Source: an uncultured archaeon
GTDB lineage: Archaea > Asgardarchaeota > Lokiarchaeia > Sigyniarchaeales > SOKP01
Length of the DNA stretch: 47,730 bases
Direction: 5' to 3'
NCBI GenBank assembly: GCA_964632315.1
Contig: CAZWEM010000037.1
Coordinates: 1-47,730, forward strand
The position numbers and the translations under genes are program-made. The notes below the pieces were generated by a model that saw nothing but the letters and a program-made list of their open reading frames with translations, had not been told where the DNA came from and made no database searches. Below, in pieces: positions 28,048-37,280 of this stretch. Positions within the stretch are counted from its first letter, which is position 1. Each line of letters opens with the position of its first letter.

Positions 28048-29471
28048 CTTTTATTTCTGGCATATCTCGTGATGATTGGCAATAAGGGTATTATTTCCAA
28101 TGGTTCACCATAGATGGGAACCTTTCTTTTCGATAAGATGTTACCAATTTCTCTTCTAATTTCTGGAGTATGAGTCCTCTGAAGAATTGGGATTAATGGT
28201 TTTCCATATTTTTGTCCTAAGCACAAAGTTTCAATCATTATTTTCCTAAAATTGACGACTGGGCTAAAAAAGTAATTAGGGTCCAAATAATAACTTGGTA
28301 GATCCATTATTAAGAAATCTATTTTTTTATCATTCAAGGCAATTTCAATGATTTTTTGAATACTATCTCCTTGAAATAGTTGCGCTGCCACATCTAAAGG
28401 GTTTTTTGAACTAGTTCCATGAATAAAGAATTGTTTTTCAAGTTCTCTCTGAACCTTTAGAGAAAAATTTGGTAAATCAATACCTCGTTCCTGAAGAAGA
28501 TCAACTAACACTACCCCATAACCACCACTAATACTAAAAACTGCAGCATTTTCTAATTTTTTTATACCGTAACAATCGATAAAGTTTGCTAAATTCAATA
28601 GTTGTTCCAAAGAATTGACTTCCATCACATTTGCTTGTCTAAAAATTGATTTCCAGATCAACTTATTCCCCGAAATCGAAGCTGTGTGTGTTTTTGCGGC
28701 TTCAGCTCCCTTATTTGATTTACCGCCCTTTAGTATCGCAATAGGTTTTTTAGCATTCTCCAATTTTTTACGGAGTAAATCTCCTCGTCCTTTCTTCACA
28801 CCCTCTAAATAACATAAAATTATGTTTGTTTCTGGATCCTTTTCTAAAAACGAAATTAAGTCTACAACATCTATATCTGCTCCATTTCCAAAAGAAAAAA
28901 CCTTGGAAAAGTGAAATCCTAACTCTTTTGCTGTATAAATTGCGATATTACACATTCCACCCGATTGTGCTACAAAACCAATATTACCTGTTTCAGTTGG
29001 AAATTTAGACCTCCATTGAATACCAACTTTTGGATAGAATAACCCCATCCCATTAGGGCCTAGTATTCTTATTTTGTTGTTGGCTCTCCTAAGTAACTCT
29101 TTTTCAAGTTCAGTTCCTTCTTTTGTTCCTGCATCTGAAAACTCTGCTGTAAATATACTCACTAATTTTACTCTTTTTTGGATGCATTCATCAATTATTT
29201 TTAATACTTGATCTCTTGGAACGGCAATAAAAGCAAAATCAATGTCATTAGGAACATCCATTATTGAAGGATACACATTTTGTTTTGGAAAACCAGTTAT
29301 CTCTTTGACTTTAGGATGTATGGCATATAATGGGCCTTTAAATGCTTCATAATGGTTTCTTAAAAAGAAGAAATTTCTCTTTGCGGATGGTCCAATAACT
29401 GCCATGGATTTAATATCATTTATGAACATTAAATCCTTTATATCTAAGTCATTATCCTCGTGGTGTGTCAT
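28044..29471 (-). CDS. acyl-CoA synthetase (NDP-forming) alpha-subunit-like CoA-binding protein
   Basis: RILGPNGMG, VAQSGG, SFGNGAD, HTASISG (phospho-His), SISGG, NPLD. Confidence 0.88.
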   Translation of the reverse strand: MTHHEDNDLDIKDLMFINDIKSMAVIGPSAKRNFFFLRNHYEAFKGPLYAIHPKVKEITGFPKQNVYPSIMDVPNDIDFAFIAVPRDQVLKIIDECIQKRVKLVSIFTAEFSDAGTKEGTELEKELLRRANNKIRILGPNGMGLFYPKVGIQWRSKFPTETGNIGFVAQSGGMCNIAIYTAKELGFHFSKVFSFGNGADIDVVDLISFLEKDPETNIILCYLEGVKKGRGDLLRKKLENAKKPIAILKGGKSNKGAEAAKTHTASISGNKLIWKSIFRQANVMEVNSLEQLLNLANFIDCYGIKKLENAAVFSISGGYGVVLVDLLQERGIDLPNFSLKVQRELEKQFFIHGTSSKNPLDVAAQLFQGDSIQKIIEIALNDKKIDFLIMDLPSYYLDPNYFFSPVVNFRKIMIETLCLGQKYGKPLIPILQRTHTPEIRREIGNILSKRKVPIYGEPLEIIPLLPIITRYARNKS

Positions 29472-29602
29472 TCATATATGAAAAGTTGGGATAAGTTTAA
29501 TATTTTAATGAAAAAATCCTCTTTAAATACTGAGAAAATTCTTTAACTTAAAAGAAGTAACCTTAAATTTTTGAGAGATCTCACTCTAATAACTATATAT
29601 TT

Positions 29603-30130
29603 ATGATCTATCCAATGCCTGACTTAGAAAAGAAAAGAGAAAAGCGGTCGAAGAGGATCATTAAATTATTCAATGCATTTAAAGAAAAAGAATTAAAGGA
29701 TCTTCCCGTTCCACCCTTTACGAAATGGCTTAATGGGAAAATTATTAGAGCTGAATATGGTCAAATTGAATTAGAAATTGATATACGTCCTGAGATGTCT
29801 AACCCAACAGGCTTGTTACATGGTGGGATGCAAAGCGCTATGATGGATGACGTTCTTGGAATGACAACTGCTACACTCGGCTATGAGGGATTTCCAATTA
29901 GTATTGATTTTCATATTGATTTTTTGGGTAAAGTTAAGATTGGAGAATCAGTGCGGGTTATAGCAGAGGTAGTTCGTGAAGGTAAAAATATCATTCACAT
30001 GAGTATTGAAATATTAGATAAAAATGGAAATCTCGTTTCTACAGGTAATTCAAACCTATTAAAGACTAGTTTTGTACCTGATTACATAAAAATGGCGGAT
30101 AGCATTGAAAGAAAGCCAAGAGCTTCATAA
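29603..30130 (+). CDS. PaaI family thioesterase
   Basis: NPTGLLHGG...DD hotdog-fold motif. Confidence 0.9.
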   Translation: MIYPMPDLEKKREKRSKRIIKLFNAFKEKELKDLPVPPFTKWLNGKIIRAEYGQIELEIDIRPEMSNPTGLLHGGMQSAMMDDVLGMTTATLGYEGFPISIDFHIDFLGKVKIGESVRVIAEVVREGKNIIHMSIEILDKNGNLVSTGNSNLLKTSFVPDYIKMADSIERKPRAS

Positions 30131-30174
30131 TTAAATTCAAAAACAAGAAAACTTGAATTAACAGTTGAGTAACT

Positions 30175-31089
30175 ATGACACTGCCAAACACACTTAAGGT
30201 AGAAATAGAGAAATTAAGAAATGATAATGAATCTGGCGCAAGCGAATTATCATCAAAAGCAATTGAAATAATAAATATTTTCTCAAGAGAAATTAATTCA
30301 GACAAGAATTTAGAATCTCTTCTAATAGAGTTATTTAGCCAGATAATCAATGCCAGACCAAGCATGGCTCCCTTAATAAATACAATAGGTTATTTATACG
30401 ATAATTTGAAAGAGTATACCACAGATTCTATCATTAAGGTCATCGAAAAATTTAATGCACATCAATCAGAGATCAAGAAAAGATTAGATCGAAATTTTAA
30501 CGCATTTATTCGTAAATTAAATGAATCTAAACCGAGAATAATGTTAATTTCTTATAGTTCAACGATATTAGATTTACTTAATAAGCAAAACAATATCGAT
30601 TTCATCTTCTATATTTTAGAGTCAAGACCTCTTAATGAGGGACAGAGGACTGCAGAACTATTAGGAGATAAATTTGAAACTCATTTAATCATTGATGCGG
30701 CTGTTGGGAAATTTATGGATAATGTTGATGTAATCCTTATAGGGATTGATAGCGTTTTAGATAATGGAAATGTCATAAATAAAATAGGTACATACCCTCT
30801 TTCAGTTTTAGCCAAAAGTAAAAGAAAACCCGTTTATGCTATCGGAGATTCATTAAAATATAACTTAAGAAGTTACTTTGATCTTCCTGTAGAAATAATT
30901 AAAAAACCCTCTATTGAAGTTATTGGTAGAAAAGAACATAATTTTCTTATTGAAAATTTCTATTTTGATATTACTCCAGCAAAGTATATTCATAGAATCA
31001 TATCGGACTTAGGGATATTAATTCCTAAGAAATTTATAGAAGAAGTAAAAAAATCAATTCCATTAGATTGGTTTAAGAATTTCATATGA
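30175..31089 (+). CDS. eIF-2B alpha/beta/delta family protein
   Basis: SGAS, RPSMA, SYSSTI, ESRP..EG, GID, NKIGT, FDITP. Confidence 0.88.
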   Translation: MTLPNTLKVEIEKLRNDNESGASELSSKAIEIINIFSREINSDKNLESLLIELFSQIINARPSMAPLINTIGYLYDNLKEYTTDSIIKVIEKFNAHQSEIKKRLDRNFNAFIRKLNESKPRIMLISYSSTILDLLNKQNNIDFIFYILESRPLNEGQRTAELLGDKFETHLIIDAAVGKFMDNVDVILIGIDSVLDNGNVINKIGTYPLSVLAKSKRKPVYAIGDSLKYNLRSYFDLPVEIIKKPSIEVIGRKEHNFLIENFYFDITPAKYIHRIISDLGILIPKKFIEEVKKSIPLDWFKNFI

Positions 31090-31136
31090 GACTTGATCCA
31101 TAATCGAATTTGATTTATTTTATTACATAAGAAATA

Positions 31137-32324
31137 TTGGGTAGAAATATGCTTGATGAACAAAATGCCTATAGAATAACTGAACGATTGTCTTTTCCTA
31201 GAATCTCTGGATCTGAGGGAGAGAAGAGGGCAGTTGGTATTATTATGGAAGAATTTGAAAATGCAGGGTACTCTCAAATTAAGAGAGAGAAATTTAAAAC
31301 ATCTCTCTACAATTGGAAGTTAGCAGAATATTTCTTTTTGGCCTCATCTATAATGATTATTGTTCTTGCAATTTTATTTTATTTCTTATCAATCATTACT
31401 TTAGTACTTGCAGTTATAATGCTTGTAAGCATGATTAAATTCCTTAGTATTGTCAATACTCCAAAGATTAGGCTGTTTCATGATCAAGCGAAGAATATGG
31501 ATACTGAAAATCTTTATACTGAATTAAATAGTGAGGATTCTAAAATTAACATTATTATACTCGCGCATCACGACACCAAATCTCAAATTTTACCTTCGCA
31601 TATTAGGATGAACCTGATAATTTTTATGGTATTTGGTGGTTTCGTTCTTCTGATTGTTTATATTATATTTAGTTTGATCAAGATATTTGTAAATAGTGAC
31701 ATTATGCTTGTTAACAATATATTGTTAATATGTGCTTTAATTATATCATCTTTAGCGATGGTTAATTTTTTTAACAAAACGGGAAATGAATCTCCCGGAG
31801 CGATCGATAATGCGGCAAGTGTAGGAACCATTATCGAATTAGCGCGGTATTACAAACTTAATCCACAAAATAATATCAAATTTACATTTTTAATTACTGG
31901 ATCTGAAGAATTAAATCAGGGAGGGGCATATTATTTTATCACCAAGCATGAGGATGAATTTGATAGGACTAACTCATTTTTTATCGATTTTGATTTAGTT
32001 GGTGGAAAAGGGCCAATATTTATTGTTTCTGCAGATGGAATTCCGAAGAAAGTAAATGAGTCAAGATTAATTGAATATTATATTAAAGCTGGTCAAAAGT
32101 TAAACGTTGAAGTGGATAGTAAATACATTCCTACAGGTGCTTGGGGAGATCATACTCCTATTATCAACCAAGGATTTGAAGCATGTTTTGTAGGATCTTC
32201 GGGATCACAAAAAAAAGTTCATACCAAGAAAGATACGATGGATTTAGTTTCAAAACAAGGTTTAAAGAATATCTTACTCGTAACAAGAGAAGTTATAGAA
32301 ATGATTAAAAAGGATTTTCAATAA
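31137..32324 (+). CDS. M28 family peptidase with transmembrane segments
   Basis: FPRISGSEGE, AHHDT, GAIDNA, GSEE, GDH, VHT; two hydrophobic hairpins. Confidence 0.88.
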   Translation: MGRNMLDEQNAYRITERLSFPRISGSEGEKRAVGIIMEEFENAGYSQIKREKFKTSLYNWKLAEYFFLASSIMIIVLAILFYFLSIITLVLAVIMLVSMIKFLSIVNTPKIRLFHDQAKNMDTENLYTELNSEDSKINIIILAHHDTKSQILPSHIRMNLIIFMVFGGFVLLIVYIIFSLIKIFVNSDIMLVNNILLICALIISSLAMVNFFNKTGNESPGAIDNAASVGTIIELARYYKLNPQNNIKFTFLITGSEELNQGGAYYFITKHEDEFDRTNSFFIDFDLVGGKGPIFIVSADGIPKKVNESRLIEYYIKAGQKLNVEVDSKYIPTGAWGDHTPIINQGFEACFVGSSGSQKKVHTKKDTMDLVSKQGLKNILLVTREVIEMIKKDFQ

Positions 32325-32332
32325 AATTTTGT

Positions 32333-34786
32333 TTATAGTAATTCAAATGTCTTTATCTCCCACGGTTTCACCCTTCTGTTTCCTTGTTTTTGCTCTAAGT
32401 TCAGATCGAGCTCCTTTATTTCACCAGAGCATAATAATCCGTTAGATTTGAAGTTTATTTTTTCAATAGTGGGATTAAATATACGCATATACTGTCTTGA
32501 ATTTCTTATCCAGAGATTTATTAATCTGAGGGATGGAGAAATTCTGAGATAGGAATTAGATAATTCTAAAGTATTCAAGATTCCTTTAAATTCAACCCCG
32601 TAAAATTTGAAAAAACAATTCTCAACATATTCGCTTATTTTTCCAAATGAATCTTCTTTGGTAGGATATAAGAAAAATTTAAACACTCCATCTCCAGGTA
32701 ATTTATTTTTTAAAGTAAAGGTATCTCGATCAATCATAAACTTTTGTGATCCAATTTGAATAAAAAGCAACCCAAAATCATTTCCTTTTAACCATACAAA
32801 ATCCATAGATTGAAAAGAGTTTCTTTTAGTTTCTTCAATTCCAAAAGGATAATTTATATATGAATGTGTTGGGGAAAATTTCGGTTTAACAACAATTTCA
32901 TCTAATCCTACAGAATTTAAATTTATTTTTAGCCTATTTGAATTTCTATTTTGTTGAATTTCAAAATCAAATCTTTTTCCATTTAAATAACCCTCGACTA
33001 TATAATATTTTTGGATTAAATCTTCTTGGATTTTCAATTTACCAAAAATTAATTCTTGATTTTGATCAAACTTCAATTCACAAAAGGATTGTCCGTTAAA
33101 ATCAATTTCTAACGAATCCTTTTCCGAGGAAATTGAGATATCAAACAAAAATTTTTTGGAAAAATCATAATCCTCACTATTCTTGCTTTTAATGAGAGTA
33201 TAAACTGTAATTCCTAATGAGGGAACTTTTGCAATAAACTTTACTTTTTTATGATTTTTTTCAAAAGGGACTTTTTCTTCTTTAGCATTTATAAGATAAT
33301 ATTTTTCATTCAATTCAGAAGAAACTTCAATTTTTACAATATTTTCTCTATCAGAAATAGAGGAATTAAAAATAAGAAAATGAATTTGATTACCAGGTTT
33401 GTCATTTATAAAGGATTCAGCTAGCTTTCTTAAATCTTCCACTATGTATCTCTTACAATCTTCTTGGATGGATTTTTGGATATCTAGACTTAAACGCGAG
33501 ATTTGAACTTTATTTTTATTCAGCTCTAAAGAATTATAAACTTCTGGAGATAATTGAACTTCAGAATAATCTCCGTTCCGTATAAAAGGTACGGCATAAT
33601 TATCATGAGCTTGAGTTTCAAGTAATCTTTTCCATAAATTATCAAGAATGTCATCCTTGGTCGTTTTTTGATACAAAGAAATAATAGAGTTGACTCTCTC
33701 TGCAGTTAATAATAGTTTTTCACACTTTTTATTATTTAAAAATAATTCTGAAAGGATGAATACATTCTCACCTAAATAAAAGGAATCGCGATTAAATTTA
33801 TACTCTCCATCTAATTCAATCTTGTTGATTAAATCAGAGAATGTAACAAAAATTCCAATTATATCTAGATATTTTGAAACTCTCCATATTTCTTCATTAA
33901 GCGGTATATCCATCACGAAATCTTCAATCGAGGAATAAATAATACTTTGAAAGAATGGACGTGATACTGCTTGAAATAACATATGAGGAATTTCTTTAAA
34001 AAACCTTCCGTGCCATAATTCTCCATTAAAAACACCAGATTGATCAGTAATAGTCTGAATTGAAGAGTTATCTAAACCTCGCCAAACTATATGACCCGAA
34101 GGCGTAGTGGGATTAATTCCTAATAAGCGTGTCCTCAGAGAGCAATAATGAATACCAAAACTCTTAAGTAACTGTGGAATTTGCGGGTGCATTGAACTTT
34201 CTGAAGCATAATATGTGTTGCATTTTAAGCCAAGCTCTTTCAAGGTTTTTAAGCCAAATTCAAGTTGCTTGATATTTGATTCTTCCCCAATGATTAAATT
34301 ATATGGCTGAGAATATGATGGATTAATGATTTCAAAACGTCCCTTATGATATAATTCTTGAAATTGCTTATATTCTTTAGGTTGATTATTTTTTAGCCAA
34401 ATTAAACAAGAAATGGCTACTTCAATATTAAATGGCATTTCTGTTTTAATAGCTAGCTCCATTTTATCGATAAGCGACTTTAAAGCAAATTGTGGGGAGT
34501 CAAATTCACAAAATCCGATGTTATTTATGATAATACCACCATGCCCACCAAAAAAAAAATAGATTTTTGGAATTATCTCTTTTTTAACTTTAAGCTTGAT
34601 TTTGTTTAGAAAATTTATGAATTGAGGATAATTTTCAAGTTTTAGGATTTTATTTTTTAAACGTTTAGTATTAAATCTTCGCGTGTTAATTGATATTTTA
34701 TCAAAAAAGTCTCCGATTAAATCAACTAGTGCGGTAACGGCTTCTCTATCTTCAGTTTTAATTTCAATTTCCTTCAATAGGATCAC
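32333..34786 (-). CDS. divergent GH38 (alpha-mannosidase-like) protein
   Basis: GRFEII...GEESNIKQLEFG, HPQIPQLLKSFGI, WRGLDNS, LWKRLLETQAHD, C-terminal KPWEIKTF. Confidence 0.7.
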   Translation of the reverse strand: MILLKEIEIKTEDREAVTALVDLIGDFFDKISINTRRFNTKRLKNKILKLENYPQFINFLNKIKLKVKKEIIPKIYFFFGGHGGIIINNIGFCEFDSPQFALKSLIDKMELAIKTEMPFNIEVAISCLIWLKNNQPKEYKQFQELYHKGRFEIINPSYSQPYNLIIGEESNIKQLEFGLKTLKELGLKCNTYYASESSMHPQIPQLLKSFGIHYCSLRTRLLGINPTTPSGHIVWRGLDNSSIQTITDQSGVFNGELWHGRFFKEIPHMLFQAVSRPFFQSIIYSSIEDFVMDIPLNEEIWRVSKYLDIIGIFVTFSDLINKIELDGEYKFNRDSFYLGENVFILSELFLNNKKCEKLLLTAERVNSIISLYQKTTKDDILDNLWKRLLETQAHDNYAVPFIRNGDYSEVQLSPEVYNSLELNKNKVQISRLSLDIQKSIQEDCKRYIVEDLRKLAESFINDKPGNQIHFLIFNSSISDRENIVKIEVSSELNEKYYLINAKEEKVPFEKNHKKVKFIAKVPSLGITVYTLIKSKNSEDYDFSKKFLFDISISSEKDSLEIDFNGQSFCELKFDQNQELIFGKLKIQEDLIQKYYIVEGYLNGKRFDFEIQQNRNSNRLKINLNSVGLDEIVVKPKFSPTHSYINYPFGIEETKRNSFQSMDFVWLKGNDFGLLFIQIGSQKFMIDRDTFTLKNKLPGDGVFKFFLYPTKEDSFGKISEYVENCFFKFYGVEFKGILNTLELSNSYLRISPSLRLINLWIRNSRQYMRIFNPTIEKINFKSNGLLCSGEIKELDLNLEQKQGNRRVKPWEIKTFELL

Positions 34787-34804
34787 ATACGAAATTTATT
34801 TATT

Positions 34805-35476
34805 TTAAGGTAAAGGCCTCTCTTTCTCAATATCAGCGGGATCTCTCCCTTTTTCTAATTGCTCAAACCACCATGTATCAGTCGAAATCATTTCCTTAGC
34901 TTTCTCTAAGACTTCATTGATGTTTTTTTGCTTTATAATTACGACACCATTAATATCTCCAAAGACTAAATCTCCAACATTTACTATTCGACCTCCACAG
35001 TTAATCGGTTTCATAACATTATCAAAATCTATAACCATTCTTCCACGAACCGACGAGCATATTATCCCCCTCGCAAACATTGGAAACTTTAAATCAATTA
35101 CTTGAGCAATGTCTCGAACTGGACCATCCACTAAAGCACCTCTTACTCCTAACTGTTGTAGGATTCGACCAGTACTTTGCCCTAATCCTGCAGCAATCAT
35201 TTGATTACTCATATCTATACAAACAACTGGAAATTTAGGAAGTTTTCTTATGAATGGACCTAATTTAGCCATCACATCATCATCTAATTGTTCATCTGAT
35301 GGTATAAATTTGAGAGTACCTGCATATCCCACCATTCTTGCACCAGGATAGATCGGCCTGATTCCTGCGTCAACAAAACCGGGCTCTAATCCAAGTTCAT
35401 CAATCGCATCTGATATTGCACAGGTATAGAGTTTAGAATACTCATCAATTATTACTTTCATTTCTTTTTTAGACAT
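34805..35476 (-). CDS. RraA-like / HMG-CHA class II pyruvate aldolase family protein
   Basis: AISDA, GIRP, GALVDGPVRD, GDLVFGDINGVV. Confidence 0.88.
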   Translation of the reverse strand: MSKKEMKVIIDEYSKLYTCAISDAIDELGLEPGFVDAGIRPIYPGARMVGYAGTLKFIPSDEQLDDDVMAKLGPFIRKLPKFPVVCIDMSNQMIAAGLGQSTGRILQQLGVRGALVDGPVRDIAQVIDLKFPMFARGIICSSVRGRMVIDFDNVMKPINCGGRIVNVGDLVFGDINGVVIIKQKNINEVLEKAKEMISTDTWWFEQLEKGRDPADIEKERPLP

Positions 35477-35561
35477 ATAAATAAATCCTAGAATTAGTTT
35501 TATTATGCTATAAAATATATTTGCATTGAAGATAAATTAAAATTAATTATTAGTCAATCTA

Positions 35562-37241
35562 GTGTTTGACATGGATGATAAAAATATTAATTTAAAAAAG
35601 AGAAGTGATTCGCTTTTTGAATGGATAAAAACAACTCCGTTTAACTATGTAACTAGAGGAATAATTAAAGGAGTGGGTTTGGATGATAAAGATATTGAAA
35701 ATAAACCTTTTATAGGGGTAGTAAATACTTGGAATGAATTAAATCCCGGTCATAAACATTTGAATGCTCTTGCTGAAGCTGTAAAACATGGTATTTTAGA
35801 AGCAGGAGGTGTTCCTTTTGAATTTTGCACTGTTGGTCCATGTGATGGCTGGGCTAATGGAAATGAAGGCATGCGTTATATCCTCCCTCAAAGAGAAATA
35901 ATTGCAGATTCAATCGAATTAATGATACAGGCGCATCGATTAGATGCGATGGTTACCTTATCGACTTGTGATAAAATAAATCCTGCGGTTTTAATGGCAG
36001 CTATTCGATTAGATATTCCCACTATATGCGTACCAGGAGGCCCAAATTTTTGGGAGATTCGATTTTCAGCTGATTTCAAAGGAATAGATCAAGCTTTATA
36101 TGATGATTTCTCACATAAAGTTGAGTGCGTGCAGTGTTCAACTTATGGTGCTTGTGAAATGATGGGGACTGCAAACACGTTTCAATGCCTAATGGAAGCA
36201 TTTGGCATGACCCTTCCTAACGCAGCTACTACTCCCGCAATCTCTCAAATGAAATATGTTTTAGCTAGAGACTCTGGAAAACAAGTTATGGAATTGTTAA
36301 AAAATGGAATAACTCCCTCTCAAATAATTACAAAAGAATCTTTTGAAAACGCCATCATGATTGATGTTGCAATCGGAGGGTCAACAAATTCTACATTACA
36401 TCTTCCAGCGATCGCAAATGAAATGGGACTCGATATCGATTTAGATATTTTCAATGATTATAGCAAAAAAATTCCCACAATTGTAAACGTATACCCCTCT
36501 GGTGACTTTGGAATCGTTGATTTATATAAAGCAGGTGGAATTCCAGCAGTAATGAAAAGGCTAAGAGACTTTCTACACTTAGATTGCCTAACAGTATCCG
36601 GAAAAACTATTGAAAGAATCATCCGAAGGATTAAGGTTCTCGATGAAAACATCATACGATCATTAAATAACCCCATTTATCCAGAAGGTGGTACTGTTAT
36701 TTTGAAAGGCAACTTAGCTCCCGAAGGAGCAGTAATAAAACAATCGGCAATTAAGGAAACTGATATGTTTACATTTGAAGGTCCAGCGATCTGTTTCAAC
36801 ACGGAACTCGATGCTTTAGACGCACTTGCTCAAAATAAAATTGAGAATGGTGATGTTATAATTCTTAGGTATGAGGGCCCTAAAGGAGGCCCAGGTATGC
36901 CAGAATTATTAGCCACCACTGCTACATTGATGTTAAGGCGAAATCTAACTCGAGTGGCCTTAATCACGGATGGAAGATTTTCCGGTGCTACTTCTGGGCC
37001 ATGTATTGGACACGTGAGTCCTGAAGCATACGTGGGAGGTACAATTGCTGTTCTTCAAGATGGGGATATCATACAAATAGATATCCCAAATCGGAAATTA
37101 AATGTTAAGTTAACAGAAGAACAAATCCAAGAGCGGTTAGAAGATTGGAAACCATATGAAAAACCCGTATCAAGTAAAGCATTATTGAAATATAAAAAAT
37201 TAGTATCATCTGCGGCTAAAGGTGCAATTTTAGAGATTTAG
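35562..37241 (+). CDS. ilvD: IlvD/Edd family dehydratase
   Basis: PCDG, CDK, GACEMMGTAN, GGSTN, YEGPKGGPGM, TDGRFSG. The substrate (branched-chain dihydroxy acid versus sugar acid) is uncertain. Confidence 0.9.
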   Translation: MFDMDDKNINLKKRSDSLFEWIKTTPFNYVTRGIIKGVGLDDKDIENKPFIGVVNTWNELNPGHKHLNALAEAVKHGILEAGGVPFEFCTVGPCDGWANGNEGMRYILPQREIIADSIELMIQAHRLDAMVTLSTCDKINPAVLMAAIRLDIPTICVPGGPNFWEIRFSADFKGIDQALYDDFSHKVECVQCSTYGACEMMGTANTFQCLMEAFGMTLPNAATTPAISQMKYVLARDSGKQVMELLKNGITPSQIITKESFENAIMIDVAIGGSTNSTLHLPAIANEMGLDIDLDIFNDYSKKIPTIVNVYPSGDFGIVDLYKAGGIPAVMKRLRDFLHLDCLTVSGKTIERIIRRIKVLDENIIRSLNNPIYPEGGTVILKGNLAPEGAVIKQSAIKETDMFTFEGPAICFNTELDALDALAQNKIENGDVIILRYEGPKGGPGMPELLATTATLMLRRNLTRVALITDGRFSGATSGPCIGHVSPEAYVGGTIAVLQDGDIIQIDIPNRKLNVKLTEEQIQERLEDWKPYEKPVSSKALLKYKKLVSSAAKGAILEI

Positions 37242-37280
37242 TATGAAAAATAGTAAACAAAAATTCCTTGATATAAGAAA

